64,000 bases of DNA, from the NCBI RefSeq assembly GCF_009914755.1, contig NC_060932.1; one strand, 5' to 3'. Below the pieces are notes generated by a model. It ran no database searches, was not told where the DNA came from, and saw only the letters and a list, made by a program, of their open reading frames with translations. The DNA comes from the human T2T-CHM13v2.0 reference genome, Homo sapiens. This document shows, one piece after another, positions 1-15,254 of the stretch (within the stretch, counting starts at the first letter, position 1; each line of letters opens with the position of its first letter). The position numbers and the translations under genes were made by a program.

Positions 1-1750
1 TATCTCTAATTGTGATTGCTTTAGTTTAAATTTTCAGTTTAAATTATGCTATACATAAAAAAGAGAACAGCAGATGGAAATTTATGTGCATCAGAATTTG
101 GGAGACTCAAAAAATCAGCATAAATTGTAAGGGATTTTCAAGAAGACTGACTTAGGCCTAAGCTCATCATTGCACAGTGCTTTTTCAAGTACTGTAAACA
201 TGGCTGCCTGCATCTATAAAAGGTGGCAGAAGCAGGGTGAAATTAAGGAAAAAGGATAGGCTTATTTTGTAAATAGGACTAAGCTACCTTTCTGACTACT
301 TACATTAGCACATAGTTTATAATCAGACTTTCCTCAGACTCCAATAAAGTTATTTTAAAGCTTTACACAATGTATAAAACTTCAGATGACTCCCAGGAGG
401 ATAGTGACTATGGTAAACTAAAATTCTGTACTCACTTTTAATGCTGCAATTAAGGGTAGAGCCACATTTCATAGGATCAGTGGCAAACACATGATATTCC
501 TTCTCCTCTTCTGGGGATGTCCCCAGAGATCCATCACTCAGCTTGATCAAATTAACTGAATCATTGTTCCACTCATTGAGCCAGTGTGTTCACTGCCTAA
601 AAATTCATAACTGTGCCAGCTGTGGCTATCACTATTATGGTGTGTTTTTTCCTGCTGGCTAATCCCATGCTTTTCAGTGAGCAAAACTATAAGATATTGT
701 AATTGAGTTTCTCTTCAATTTAGGAAAATTCTTCATGCTGATTTTTTCATGTTGAAATCACTAAAGTACTATACCTTGGGGATAAATTCATGACCTGGCA
801 AGAATAAGGAACAGAAGCATCTTTAAGAAGGGAATCTAAATTTATACTTCATGAAGTAAGGAAGAAACGTCTGGTTAAACCTGCCTCTATTTCCTCATCC
901 TCCTGAAGCCACCCCCCCAAAAAAATTAATAAGTTTACCAATCTTTTTCTATTTCCAGAAAATAATCCATCAATATTGGTAAAATTAATTTTTAAGAAAA
1001 AATGCATTTTATCTTGGGACAGCATGTGCCACTGACTTAATTATATTCTTCTTCCTCTACCCCCTTTGTTTTTTTTGGTCTTATATAGTGTATTAGTTTG
1101 TTTGGGCAGATGTAACAAAACACCACACACCAGATGGCTTAGATGGAATAAATTCATTTTCTCCCAACTCTGAATACTAGAAACAAGGAATTAAAAAAAT
1201 ATATATAACAAAAATGAAGAAAAAGAAAGACGATGAGAAATTTCAACAAAATTCTGGAGATAGAAAGCTGATGGAGAGTAGTGCCCAGTAAAGGAAGCTA
1301 TAACCCAGTGCCTATATAGAAAGTTATCTACAAGATATATCCTTCCTTTCCTTTTTCTTTTTAGTCTTATTTGCCCTCCAGACACCCAGAAAGGTTTAAG
1401 ACATGGAGGCACAAGGTGTTGGGATGTTGGTAGTGAAGTTTGCTGAAAACAAGGAGAATGGTTGAAAGTGGCTAGGTGCCCAGATTTTGTTTCCTGTCTC
1501 ACAACCCTAAGCTAACTGATTTCTTCCCTGTTTTCTTCTGACTTTTCACTCTGCAGGATACCAATGTCTTAACCTCTAGTTGAATTATTAGGTATGAGAA
1601 GCTCTGGAACAGGGGCACTGGTCAGAGTGAAGTATGAGCAGGGAAAAGGGACTGAAGCCAAAGGGATTAAGTCCAAGTTTTCCTAGTGATTATTGGAACA
1701 CCAGCCCCATTCCTCTACATTGCTCCTGGAACACAAGCACTAAGAGAGAA

Positions 1751-2199
1751 TGTGATGGTTAATACCGAGGTGTCAACTTGATTGGATTGAAGGACGCAAA
1801 GTATTGATCCTGGTTGTGTCTGTGAGGGTGTTGCCAAAGGAGATTAACATTTGAGTGAGTGGGCTGGGAAAGGCAGACCCACCCTTCTTAACCTGGGTGG
1901 GCACCATCTAATCAGCTGCCAGCGTGGCTAGAATATAAGCAGGCAGAAAAACGTGAAAAGACTAGACTGATCTAGTCTCCTAGTCTACATCTTTCTCCTG
2001 TGCTTGATGCTTCCTGTCCTCGAACATCGGACTCCAGGTTTTTCAGTTTTGGGACTCAAACTGGCTCTCCTTGTTCCTCAGCTTGCAGATAGCCTATTGT
2101 GGGACCTTATGATCCTGTGAGTTAATATGTAATAAGCTCTCCTTTATAAATATATCTATCCTATTAGTTCTGTCCCTCTAGAAAACCCTGACTAATACA
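1751..2199 (+). mobile_element. MLT2A1-like solo LTR (ERVL/HERV-L)
   Basis: TGTGATGGTTAATAC...GACTAATACA termini; 449 bp; perfect 5-bp TSD GAGAA (1746-1750 / 2200-2204). Confidence 0.9.
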
Positions 2200-2329
2200 G
2201 AGAAGAAGACAATTCTTCTCTGAGGAACCAAATGACCCCCAAAGAAAAGATCTATTCAAATTGATGCTTGGGAGATACTATTTTTTTAAGCAGCTTAATT
2301 ACCAATCATTATACAGTTGAGGCACCGTG

Positions 2330-2745
2330 TTCGCAAACATATAGAGCTTCCATACAGCATTTCAGAGTCTTACACTTAAATATGAAATAGCTAAGTATCA
2401 TAAGACATTTAAGGAAAGTCTTCAATATGAAATACAGACAACTACTGCAAGCATAAAACAACAACAGCATGCTATAAAAACAGAACAGAGAACAAGGAAA
2501 GCTTTTGGAAATAAAAAATAGGATAGCCAAAAAAGTAAGTAAATAAATCAATAGGAGATTTAGAAGAGAATGTGAAAAAATTTCCCAGATAGTAGAACAA
2601 AACGTAAAAGAGATGGAAAACAAGAGACAGAGAGTAAAGAACTCAGACAATCTAACAAAAAAACCAGCTTTCAAACAAGAAAATGAGGGAGTGAAATCAT
2701 CAAAGGAATTACACAAGAAAATTTCCTAGAACTAAAATGTCTAGA
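2330..2745 (+). mobile_element. Ancient L1/HAL1 ORF1-region relic
   Basis: A-rich strand bias; ends in ...CAAGAAAATTTCCTAGAACTAAA, typical of decayed L1 ORF1. Confidence 0.55.
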
Positions 2746-5700
2746 AAATAGTATAGATTATACAGTGATGGGCTGGAAGAAATATATTAGATTCTAAAAT
2801 GCAAGATACTTGAACTAGCATGTTAGCCCCATTAAAATATCATAAATATGCATTTCTTGAAAATTGTCATTTCCTTCTAAAGCTGAAAACAATTTTAAAT
2901 TACAATTATGTTAAATGACACTCATATCTCAGCTTTCCCGCCTAAGGACATTAAGGGAAAAATTCCAAAAAGAAGAGTGGGAGGAAAAACCCTGTGTCTT
3001 AGCAGGGTTTATCAGCAGGGATTTTATTGGTTAAAGAGGTTTCATTTTAGGTTATATGTGGCAAAAGACATGAAACAGGAGTGTTTACAATTTCATTTCA
3101 TTCCAAGTCTTCGTAGAAAAGATAGTTTAGAGTAGGTAAATGCTTATTTTATAAGGGTAGGAAACCATCTGGGCTTTCTGGATATCTGGCTGAAAATTCA
3201 AGACAACTGTCTTTAGATTTTACAAATATAAAGTAGGTGGATTAAAGTGTGGATAAAAATATAAAGAATAAAAACTACCTTTGCTTCTTCTGAAATATTA
3301 TTTCAAATCTACACGAGACTTCTATTTAATAGTCACCAATAAAATATTACACGATTTGCTAGATCATCATGTACCACAGCTGAATGATGAATGGAAAAGA
3401 AAATAGAAATCATTCATGAAGTGATGACTTCATTGCAGTGATTATTTTTAAACACTTAAAATTTATTTTAAGTGGTTAAAACATTCATGTTTATTTTTAA
3501 CCACTTAAAATTTATTTTACTCAGGTAATATGTGCTTTCAGATATTTTCACATTTAATCTTCTTACGAACCTTCTGAGATAGGTATTATTACCTTCTATC
3601 AAATGTGACAGTCAAGGACTTATGCAAGATCGCATTGTCAATAACTGATGAAGCCAGAAATCAAGCCAAAGTTTTAGGATTCTAAGAATATCAGTGTTTT
3701 AGTATGTTGGCTACAATTGAAAAAATAACTAATTCAACACAGTTTCTCTTTGGCAGTAACTGTGAGAAATGGCGTGTCCTTATTTTTGTTATGTATTCAT
3801 TCACATCATTATTTGCATGCCTACAATTTCATCTGGGTGTCTATTCCTTAATGACAATTTCTTCAAAAACAACTGTCTCCTTATAGGCTTGTCCACTGGT
3901 AATTCAAAGATATATTTCAGAAGCTCAGCTACATGAGTCTTTCAGCAAAATACTTTTAAATTTTACTGATTAATACTGTAATTTTTCTTCCTCAAATTAA
4001 TCATTTCTTTCTCTTTTCTCACTTAAAAAAAACTGCCTATTTAAGTTAGTTTCAAGTAACTAATCTTAAATGATCATAATTTGAAGCTTTACAGAACAAC
4101 TCTCAACATCAGACCAGTGCACTCTGGTTGAACTTTTGTTTTTCAGTTAATTGTGCTTAGTGTGCAGCTCAGGTTGATAATCTTGTCTGTGTTGACACTC
4201 AAATATCTACTCATTGATATTATGCTGCCAGTTTTAACTATTTTCATAAGTGATAAACCAAATTTAGCTCCTGATAGTTCCAAAATATTTAACTACTATC
4301 ATTAACACTTCTCAAAAAATGATGCCAACATCATTTTTGTTTTTCATTTCCTAGCATTTTTAGAATGAGAAAACTCATGCTCAAAATTAATGGTTTAAGA
4401 TGTTACTTGTCTGTTTATTAACCAAATGACAATGTGCAAGACTTTATATTTTAAAAATATATAATCTGAGTCTTCATATTCTATGCTCATGTTGAAACAG
4501 GCTAGATTTAATAGCAATCATAAATACCATTTCTGACTATAAAATTATTCCTTAATAAATTAGGTATTGTCTTAATCAGGGCAACCAATACATTAAAATG
4601 GATTATTTTCACAAGTTTGATTGAACATGTTGTGTATTTCAAAAGTGCTATACTCTTCAGAGAAAAGGTATAATTCTTCTTGAAAGTCTGCAGTGCACAG
4701 AGCTCTATAATTCATGAGATTTGTAACTTTTCTTCCTGTATATGGATGTTGTTTGATTTACTATTTTACTGATAACTTTAGCTGGGAAACTTGCCAGCAA
4801 AATTATTTTGTAACAGAAAATAGTATGCTTTGCTTTCAACATGACTATTGTAAAAAAATTGACTGAAACTAGACTATTAAGGCCTCTTTCCTCTTTTATC
4901 CTAAGGAAAGGAAGTTACAATAGAAGGCAAAATAAAAATAAGGAGAAAGCATAGATTTGTGAAAGGATAAGTCAGATTCAGAAATTTCTCCTAGCCTAGA
5001 GCATTGCAACAGATACTGCATGCAGGCAGAATTTTTAAGGGAGTCTCCTGTATCATCAAGGGTCTAGATTACATCATCATTGATTTAATCTTTTCCATCC
5101 CCTAATTTTGATTGTTTTGCTTTCCTAAAGCTGTTGTAATTTATCCCATGGGTTCTCAAAATAAGTAAAATTTAAAATAGAAACACTGCTTCTGTGTTTT
5201 CTTTATTGTCTTTGCCATTTGTTAAAATCACACCTATTTGTAGAGGTAAGAGTATCTTCTGCTCCAGTTCCAATGAAAATGCTTTTTATATATTCACTAT
5301 TTTGTCACTGAGATCAAGAAAAATTTTTGCGATTTGTAAAATGAAAAACAAATAACACATTTACTGTGCCTTAGTGTAAAACTTAACCAAATGGATTTTG
5401 CTGAATTTATGAGACAAGAGCTATATCCAAAATAAATTTGCCAGAAATGGTTTGCATCATGAGATACTTCAAGTATAATTTTATTTTTCTTCTTAGATCA
5501 GACTGTAGCAAGCCTTCCCCAAACATGTTTTAAAAATAAAAAAAATTACAGTAGTTTGTACTTTCTAATATGTTCACTTCTTCAGAGATTTACTAGGAAA
5601 GAGAGAAAAAATTCTTGAAGAGGATAATGAGTCCCAGCTGAGAATCATGTGCCAAGATGCTCAGTGACTGTTTTTCTTTAAAAACATAATGAGGATAGGA

Positions 5701-7329
5701 AACAAGTTTTAGTTAGTTGGATGTGTTTCTTTAAAAAGAAATTTAAAATCTAGAAGTTGCCACCTTGAAAATAGGTGAGCTGCCATTTCAAATTTCCCTA
5801 ATTTATCTAGTGGAAGGGATTTAGGAAGTTGTCAGCCATTCTTAAAGCCATGTGGTGCCAATCTAGGTGGAAGTTGTCACTGGTCTTTGGTAAAAAAAGT
5901 TAAATTTCCTCTATTGCAGGGACTGTTGTTTCGTGAATCCTTACAACTCCTTTGGTGTTAAATTAGAAATTTTAAGATGAAATGATGTGAACTAAATTGT
6001 AGCTGTTACTTTTAATGTCTTTGCTTAGCAAAATAATAAACTGGCAACTTTTATTTTTTTCTCTCCACCCTTTTCCTTAAAATTTTACTGGTTCACAAAG
6101 CCCCCAAATAAGTGACCACTGATTTAATGGTTCTTCTTTGTCTTTATACAAATACTTATTGAAATACTCTGGCAAAGATCGTCAGCATGACATACGGGTG
6201 TCAAACAGAGCTCAGAGTTTAGTGACCGACACAAGTAATAATTATAATTGATGAGATGGGTGCTTTTGGGGTGAGGGAAGCTGAGCATATGAGAAGGGCA
6301 CATAACCCCAATCTGAGGAAGTCAGGTAAGGATTTCTAGGAAAGAGAAAAAAAATGTGAATGGGGTATGTTGTCCTCATGACCAAAGTATCTCCTACATG
6401 GTATTTAGGTTCTTCGGAAGGCAAATCAAAGGGTTGCTTTATCATCATGTTATTAGAGCAAATGGCTTCTATGAGAATCTGCTGAACTGTGATGCAAGGA
6501 TCATGCAGCAGCCCAAACAACAGTTCTTTAGTAAGCGGAGATTCATTTCTCTATTAACGGGGTAGTAGGATTTTTTGAATCAATAAGTGATTTTCTTTCT
6601 TTCTCTTCTGAAAGTGAAACTTTTTTCACACTTCTCCAGGACCCATATCACTGTTTTAGAGGGAGAGAGTGTCAGGGGGGAAAACTAGGAAGGGGCGAAC
6701 TGTATCTCTCTGGTTTGGGTTTTCAAAACGCATCAAAGAGGGTATACGTAGGTGTCTCTGGATAAATCACAGGTAAGACAATACCTAGAGAATAAAACAC
6801 TGAGGATGAGGGGAAACTTCCCCTGAGACTAAAATAGTGCTCTCTCAGGGACTGGGTAGTAAAGGCTGGAGTAGAGAGGAAGAAGAGAGACCCAAGGGGA
6901 GCTGAGGAAAGCAGAGTGCCTCCCAGTGAGACAAGCCTTAAGTTTAGTCAGACTCTCAGAGAGGTGACAGTATCCAAAAAAAAAAAGAAGTCTGGAAAGT
7001 GAGACTAGGGAGGGAAACCCAAATTCCCATGTGATCCAAACCAAGTTAAGAGAGGCACAGGACCCAGAGACATTTACGGAGAGAAACAAGGGCTGTATTG
7101 TGACCTGGAGGGCCATGGGGACTTCTCAATGCCTTGAGACTATATAAGAATGAATGATATAATTGGTATGGCTGTACTGGTTGATAAATTACCAAAACTG
7201 ATAAATATTAATTACCCCGAATCACTCACCTCCCCCAAACTAAAAGATTAATGCCTGGAATAGCCGAGGAGCCTCCAGGACCCCGTGTAAGCACTAAAGC
7301 CAGTGTCTGCTTTCTTTCTGACTGGCCGG

Positions 7330-7840
7330 TATATTGCTCATCTATTGTCATATAACATTTTACTCCCCAAATTGGCAGCTTAAAGCAATATTAAGCACTT
7401 TTTTTTATCTTACAAAGTTCCTGTGAGTCAGGAATTTGGGAGCAGCTTAGCTGGGTGGTTCTGGCTCAAGGTATATCAGTTGAGATGTCATCTAAGTCTG
7501 TAGTCTTGACTGGGGCTGGAGGACCAATCCTAAAATGTCTCATTCCCATGATTGGCAAATAAATGCTGACTGTTGTAGGAAGCCTCAGTCCTCGCCACAT
7601 GGACCTCTCTGTGGGGCTGCTTGAGTGTCCTCATAACCCAGAATGAGTGATCCAAGAGAGGGCAAAGCAGAAGCCACATGTCTTTTATGACCTAGCCTCA
7701 GAAAGTTATACTCCATCATTTCTGAAAAATATTCTATTGATAACACAGGCCGTTCCTATTCAGTGTAGGAGAGATTACATAGGGGGTACTAACCAGAAGG
7801 TGCAAATTACTGGGAACCATCTTGAAGGCTTCTACGACAG
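7330..7840. mobile_element. MLT1-family (MaLR) LTR
   Basis: Motifs such as GTCAGGAATTTGGGAGCAGCTTAGCTGGGTGGTTCTGGCTCAAGG and TTTTATGACCTAGCCTCAGAA. Confidence 0.75.
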
Positions 7841-8004
7841 TTGGCGACCTTGCCTACAGCTTGTTAAATATTTTGAATATCACTTTCACACATGAGTCAG
7901 AGTAGCCTGGAAAGAGGTGGAGGCAGCAGGATGAGGCAAACCTCAAGCTGAGATTAAATTTTTGTCTTCCCCAAAGAATGGTACCTCAAATAAAAATTGA
8001 GCTT

Positions 8005-9280
<1,276 letters not shown>

Positions 9281-10333
9281 AACTGTTTTATAAAAGTGCA
9301 AATTTTGTTCTTGCACACCTGAGTTTGTGTACTGAGATTCATAACTACTGTGTCCCATGTAACTGCTCCCTGAAAAGAACTGCCAAAGTTTTCTTCTGTT
9401 GCTTTAATTCTTTAAAAGAGACAATCAGCAGCCCTCTTCTGTTGCTAAAAATTTTAAAAAGAGACAGTCCTTCTCTTTGAAACTCAACTTTACTAGTCAT
9501 GTGAAGTCTAGGAAGCACTCTGCCTCCCCCCATTAGGTACTGATTTCATTATATCATTCCTTCTGGCAGTCCAGAGTACAGACTACTATTAATTACCTTC
9601 CCAGAAGAGCATCTGTGCAGCACAGCAGATGCTAACTAAGGCTGCCTTGGCATCCAAGAGAACAGCAAGATGACATTGAGGGGCTGCATATTTACGCAGC
9701 ATTCATATTTCACACCTGTAATCAATTATCTACTGTTGGAAAATACTGATAAAATTTAGTCTTGCTTAAGTTTATTAACAAGCAACCATCAATGATAGTA
9801 TGGCAGCTAGCCACTGAATTATCTAGGGGCATTCTGATTGCAGTGTCTTTGGAATTTTCTAGTATTTCAGGGAGAGCTTGAGTTCTAGAATTTTAGAAAT
9901 GCTGCCATTTTTCAGAGTTATACTGTTATTCTTGGAAAGACATTTCTAAAATTCTAAATTACTTGGATATATTTGGCATCTGGGTAAAAAAGGAGGAAGA
10001 AATATGAAGTTCTAGGTAATTTACCAATGGTAGTAGTATTAGTCTCCACCAATAAGAAGAATGAATGATTTTTGATTTATATTTCATAAAAACAAGCCTC
10101 TGTGGATTATATGTATTCTACCAAGTCTTTTCTTCAACACAAGGCAACCATTGCTGGCCTATTTATTATATACTAGAAAAAGACATTCTGTGCAGTCAAA
10201 ATGGGTAATTTCCATATGTCAAATCACCAGTGACTTCTGAAGAACACAGACCCCTACCTCTCATCAACAATTTTTTACCTAATAGTGTTGAGGTAGTGCA
10301 CCCCTAGAACGGAAAGATAATAATAATGGCTAC

Positions 10334-10806
10334 TGTGGCAGCCATGAAGTATACTGTTTGAATCTCCCTTCAAAAAAGAACTTGCTGAAGTAGTGCAGGA
10401 AGTTGACAGCCTCCAGCTATTAAAGCCTTCAGGATTAATCTCAGCTTTTGAGCAGAGGCCATGCCCTTCTGGGTATTCCCCAGCCAATAAATGAGCATGT
10501 CACTACACAAGGCCTGGCAATTTCTGCCCATTGTGGGTCTCTTCTAATGGGCAATCTTTGCTCAGAAACTTCTCATTGAGTTGGCTGATACTTTGTCAGG
10601 TCTAAATCATGGTCTATGGCTCTTCCTGCCCAATCTTTCTTCCTACCCACTTGTCTTACACAGGCATTATATATGTGCCATGGTGTAAAAGTTCTCTATA
10701 ACCAATTTTGCTTCCTCTTTCTATTTCATATAGAGCGCTCCCAATAAATTTCTTGCATTTCTAACTCCATCTCAAAGTCTGCTTCCCAATGGACCAAAAC
10801 GACACA
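10334..10806 (+). mobile_element. LTR16C-like solo LTR (ERVL)
   Basis: TGTGGCAGCC...GACACA termini; internal CCCAATAAATTTCTTGCA; perfect 5-bp TSD GCTAC. Confidence 0.8.
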
Positions 10807-13404
10807 GCTACTGTTTACTAAGAACCTACAATGCAACAGAATATATCACAAGGTATTTGGGAATATTATTTAACCTCTCCTAACTGTTCCCTCATCTGTA
10901 AAGTGGGGTTGTTTAAGAATTAAACAAAATAATCTAGAAAGAGCAGTTTGTACAGTTCCTGGTATACATTAAGTACTCAATAACTGATATGTAAATTGAA
11001 AATATTATTATGCCAGACTCCGAGAAATTTTGTGTTTGTTACTTGTAATCCTTTTTATAATTGGCAAGTATTATGCTTGTTTTACACAGGAAACTAGCAT
11101 TCAGTGAAGTCAGTTTGCTCAAGTTACTTAATGTACATTGCTAGAATGTGTAACCTGAGATTAAAACCCATTAATCTCCATAGATGAGAGGAATGTACAC
11201 GTATGTAGGCAAAGAATCCATTGCTGTCACCTAGAATGTAAAGGTGCTCCACACCCTCTCTGGCAGGGTATGTACAATGTAATTAACACAAACTATTTTG
11301 GAGATTCTTTCATAAATTTAAGTCTATTCTTCTAATTTCATCAAATATATGACCTTAGAATCCATCAACGGGTGCTTAGGACTAAGCACTTGTCTAAAAC
11401 TTAGAAGAGGAATATAGAATGGCACTGCTACCCCATGATGAGTACCAGTCAGTTATTTTTGTAGAATGGCTCTCAAATTGGGTTTGTCTGATGTTTTCTA
11501 ATAACTCGATTGAGGTTCTACTTAAAATAATCTTGCATATTGCTAGAAAAATTTTATCAACTGAAATCACCCCCCATCATACCTCTATCCCCACTGGACA
11601 CATGTTCAAATTCATTATTTAAAGATCCAAAATAAATGTGTAATAGAAACATAATGAACAGAAGGAAATTAAAATATTCCATTGCTGAAATAATTTCTAG
11701 AGAGGTGGCAGCAATTTAAGTGGCGGCTTTTGAAGCATGTCTATATTGTTCCTTACTTCAAAGTTTTGAGATAAACAACTTTAATAAAATTTAAAAAAAT
11801 TATGTTACATAAAATTTTGAAAAATAGAGATCATGCTATTTTCTCAGGAGTGAGATGGTGATGCATAGGTCTAATAGAATGGATTTGGGGGTGGGCAGTT
11901 TTGTTAGACATTCTGCTGGGAAACTAGTCTTTTTTCCAAATAAAACCATGGTGCTGACCAAATAGGCCCTCTTAGGTACAAAAGAGAGTGTGATTTATGA
12001 TCTCAAAGAGAAAATGACCACATTATGCTCAATGTGGCTGTTGGCCTTTAAGCCAATTTTAGCCGAGTAGTCAGCATGACCACAGAAAAAGATGACCAGT
12101 AAAGAAAATGACATTCTGGTCTGGTGACCGGAGTAAGATAGCTGAGAACTACAGGTCTGAACAAATGACTTAGCCACTTGTAACTAGAGTAATGCTACCA
12201 AACTACCAAAGAGAGGGACTATTCAAAAATAAAAATTACATCAATAATAGACTAACATGCATAACGTGACATTCAGTATATCTTTGCATGAGTTTCCCAT
12301 AATTTATTTATTGTAAATAAACACCTTTTTGAACATTTTTTTCAAGTAAAGGATTCAGTTATAGTCCTACTGTAGAAAGTAGAGTCTAGGTGGTCTTCAG
12401 GGACTATCAGGTCACATTAAGAGTATTTAGGGACTCCTGGATATTTGGTAACCAAAAGAGATGTTTATGAAAATACATTTTTGCACAAGGAGTTACATTT
12501 ACACAGATGTATGTGTCTATCAGAACAGAATATGCACTTCGGGGAAATTAAATACATATCACTTGAAAAAGTAGACTCTTAAGTATGGTTATAAATCTCA
12601 AAAAGAAACAGCTCTAATTTATAGCCCATGTGGGGTAATTCTGGGTGTACTCTTTCTGGATGTACTTTCCTTTTCAGTGCTACAGCCACGGCACAGAGGG
12701 GTAATTATCAGTTTGCGAAATATACTGTGAAAGGACCAAAGCAATCTCACTGGAAATGTTTCCCAGAGACTCCCCTTTCCTTTCTAAAATAATATAACTG
12801 GGTATGAAATGATGGCTGGCACATTTAAAAACATATATATTACAAATGACAACAAACTTTAAAAAAAATAGACATGCCTAAATGCTACAGTTGTGCCAGC
12901 AAAGGGGGGACTGGGTACTGATTTTGGGGGAAGCATATTAATTATACAGTCTTTTAAAAATGTAATAAAAACAATGTTCAGTAGATTCGTAAAACAATTC
13001 CATATTAATCTGGTTTTTGGTAAATAAAATTCTAAGAAAAATTTCATTCTGAACAAGATGCGTCACAGTGAAGGTCTGGTGACATGGAATGAAGATTATT
13101 TTCTGGTGGCACGGAATGAATAATATTTCCACTTAAATAAAAAGGGATTATGGTTATGATCCACTAATTAGAAACAATGACATAATTTAAAAGCTTTGGT
13201 AAATTTTATAGGAGAGTTGTAGTGAGACCAACTTACTCTGATGGGCAACTGTCATAGTAAATAGGAGTTACAAGCTGTGTTACATAACATGGGACACTAA
13301 TTCACTATGACTAAGACCAGGACAAAGCAGACAGAAGATTCTAAGTAAATGGTTTGATGAAGATGCCGAATATTGCAAAATCAACTAGAATAGTATTATG
13401 TTCC

Positions 13405-13718
13405 ATCCTGTGAAACAATGTACATTGTATAAATGCCATAAAGTTTATTAAATTTAAGAGGTTGCTTTAGTCCTTCACAATGTCTGAAGATATTAATTGA
13501 ATTAAGTGAACCATAAAAAAAAGTACTCTAAAGTTCTCTGTGGACTAATTTGGCTTATATCCTGTGAAATAATGTACATTGTATAAATGCCATAAAATTT
13601 ATTAAATTTAAGAGGTTGCTTTAGTCCTTCACAATGTCTGAAGATAATAATTGATTTAAGTAAACCATAAAAAAGATGTACTCTAAAGTGCTCTGTGGAC
13701 TAATTTGGCTTATATCCT
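13405..13718. repeat. Two-copy ~154-bp tandem duplication
   Basis: Copies start at 13405 and 13559; about 7-8 differences between them. Confidence 0.95.
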
Positions 13719-15254
13719 ACCTCAAAGAAAATGTGGGCTTATTCAAAGTTTTTCCTGTATCAATCTAGTTCATTCCGATTTATTGTCATTCCAACTCTTC
13801 AAACATAATCTTCCAGGAAAAAAACCAAATCACAATTTAGCTTCACATAAAAAAAATTATAGACATTTTCATTGTGCTGTTGATATCATTAAGTGAGATA
13901 ATGCTTCCCGTGGTGTCTGACACATCTTATTCATAATGTGGGTACTAGTATAATCTAATATTTGGCTGCCTGGACATTTCCTTGGTATTTGTCACCAATA
14001 TTGGGCAATGTTCAATCAGAAAAACTGGATTAAATATTTTAAACACATGTGAATGAAAATTTTCCCAATGAGTGAGAGAGGGAGAGGCAAAACTTTGAAG
14101 ACGTCTTGTAAAGGAGGAGTTACAGAAGGTAAGATTGATGTTTATGTTTTCAGTGTTACAGTTTTATTTATAGAAGGTTTTTTTATTTAGTTATAATTAC
14201 ATGTTATACAATGTTAAAGAATATAGAATTCTTGTCACTGACATACCAGTTTTTTCCTAAGTGTGCCTGAGGAAGGCAAGTTTTATTAGACATGCAAAAT
14301 GTTATAATCTATAAGCAATCATTTTCCCCACTTCAGAGTACTGTTGGTGACAAAATTTCTCCTAAATATATTTTTCTCATTAATATTTTATCTTTCATCT
14401 ACGATCTAAACAACTGATCTCCATATGAATCACCTATCTTTGTTACCTGCTAGTGGCAGAAACTTGGGCAAATCATTTCACTTTAGGGCCTCAGGTTAGG
14501 AAATACGATATCCATTGGTGTTTTTTAAACTATGAGTCATGACCTCATTTCTGTGTCATACCAGTAGTTTTAGAAAATAAAATGTAGCTGACAGAATTTG
14601 AATAGAAAATGTAGGGGACAAGACACATGACAAAGCTAGTTTTTAAATTTTGTCTCAGTTTTAAATACATGTACACATACTATGTGACAATGCAAAACAT
14701 ATTCCTTTAGTATGAGTTGCAGGAAAAAGAGGTTTGAAAAATATTATTCTCAAGATTCATCAGCCCATTCTAACTCGAAAATGAAATTACTCTATTTTCC
14801 AGCTTAGAAATTCTGAAAATGATGACTTTTAACTCAGTGTCATACGGCTTATTGCTTGACAGACAATAGTAGCTAGCTATGGGATATTTAGTTGAAGTGA
14901 TTAGAAAATATGTATTCCCTCAATTAGCTGTAACCTTTAAAATCCATTGCAAGGCTTTAAAAATACCTCCTTGGGCTTTCCCAGAGGTTTTAGACCCCTC
15001 AAACCAACCAATGAAATGTTAAGTGTCAATAATTTCATGAAAATATTAAGTGTCTCTTGTATGCAACATATTGTAGTAAGGGCTGAGAGAGAAAAAAATG
15101 AATTGGTATGGTCCCTGAATTCACTGAATTTATAATTTTTAGGAAAGTATCGGCTATAAAAAGAAAACATCCTATGCTTAACTAGAGTTCATATGTGTAC
15201 TATTAAGAAATGTTATTCTTAATAATCATTAATATAAGCTGTCATTTTTAATCT

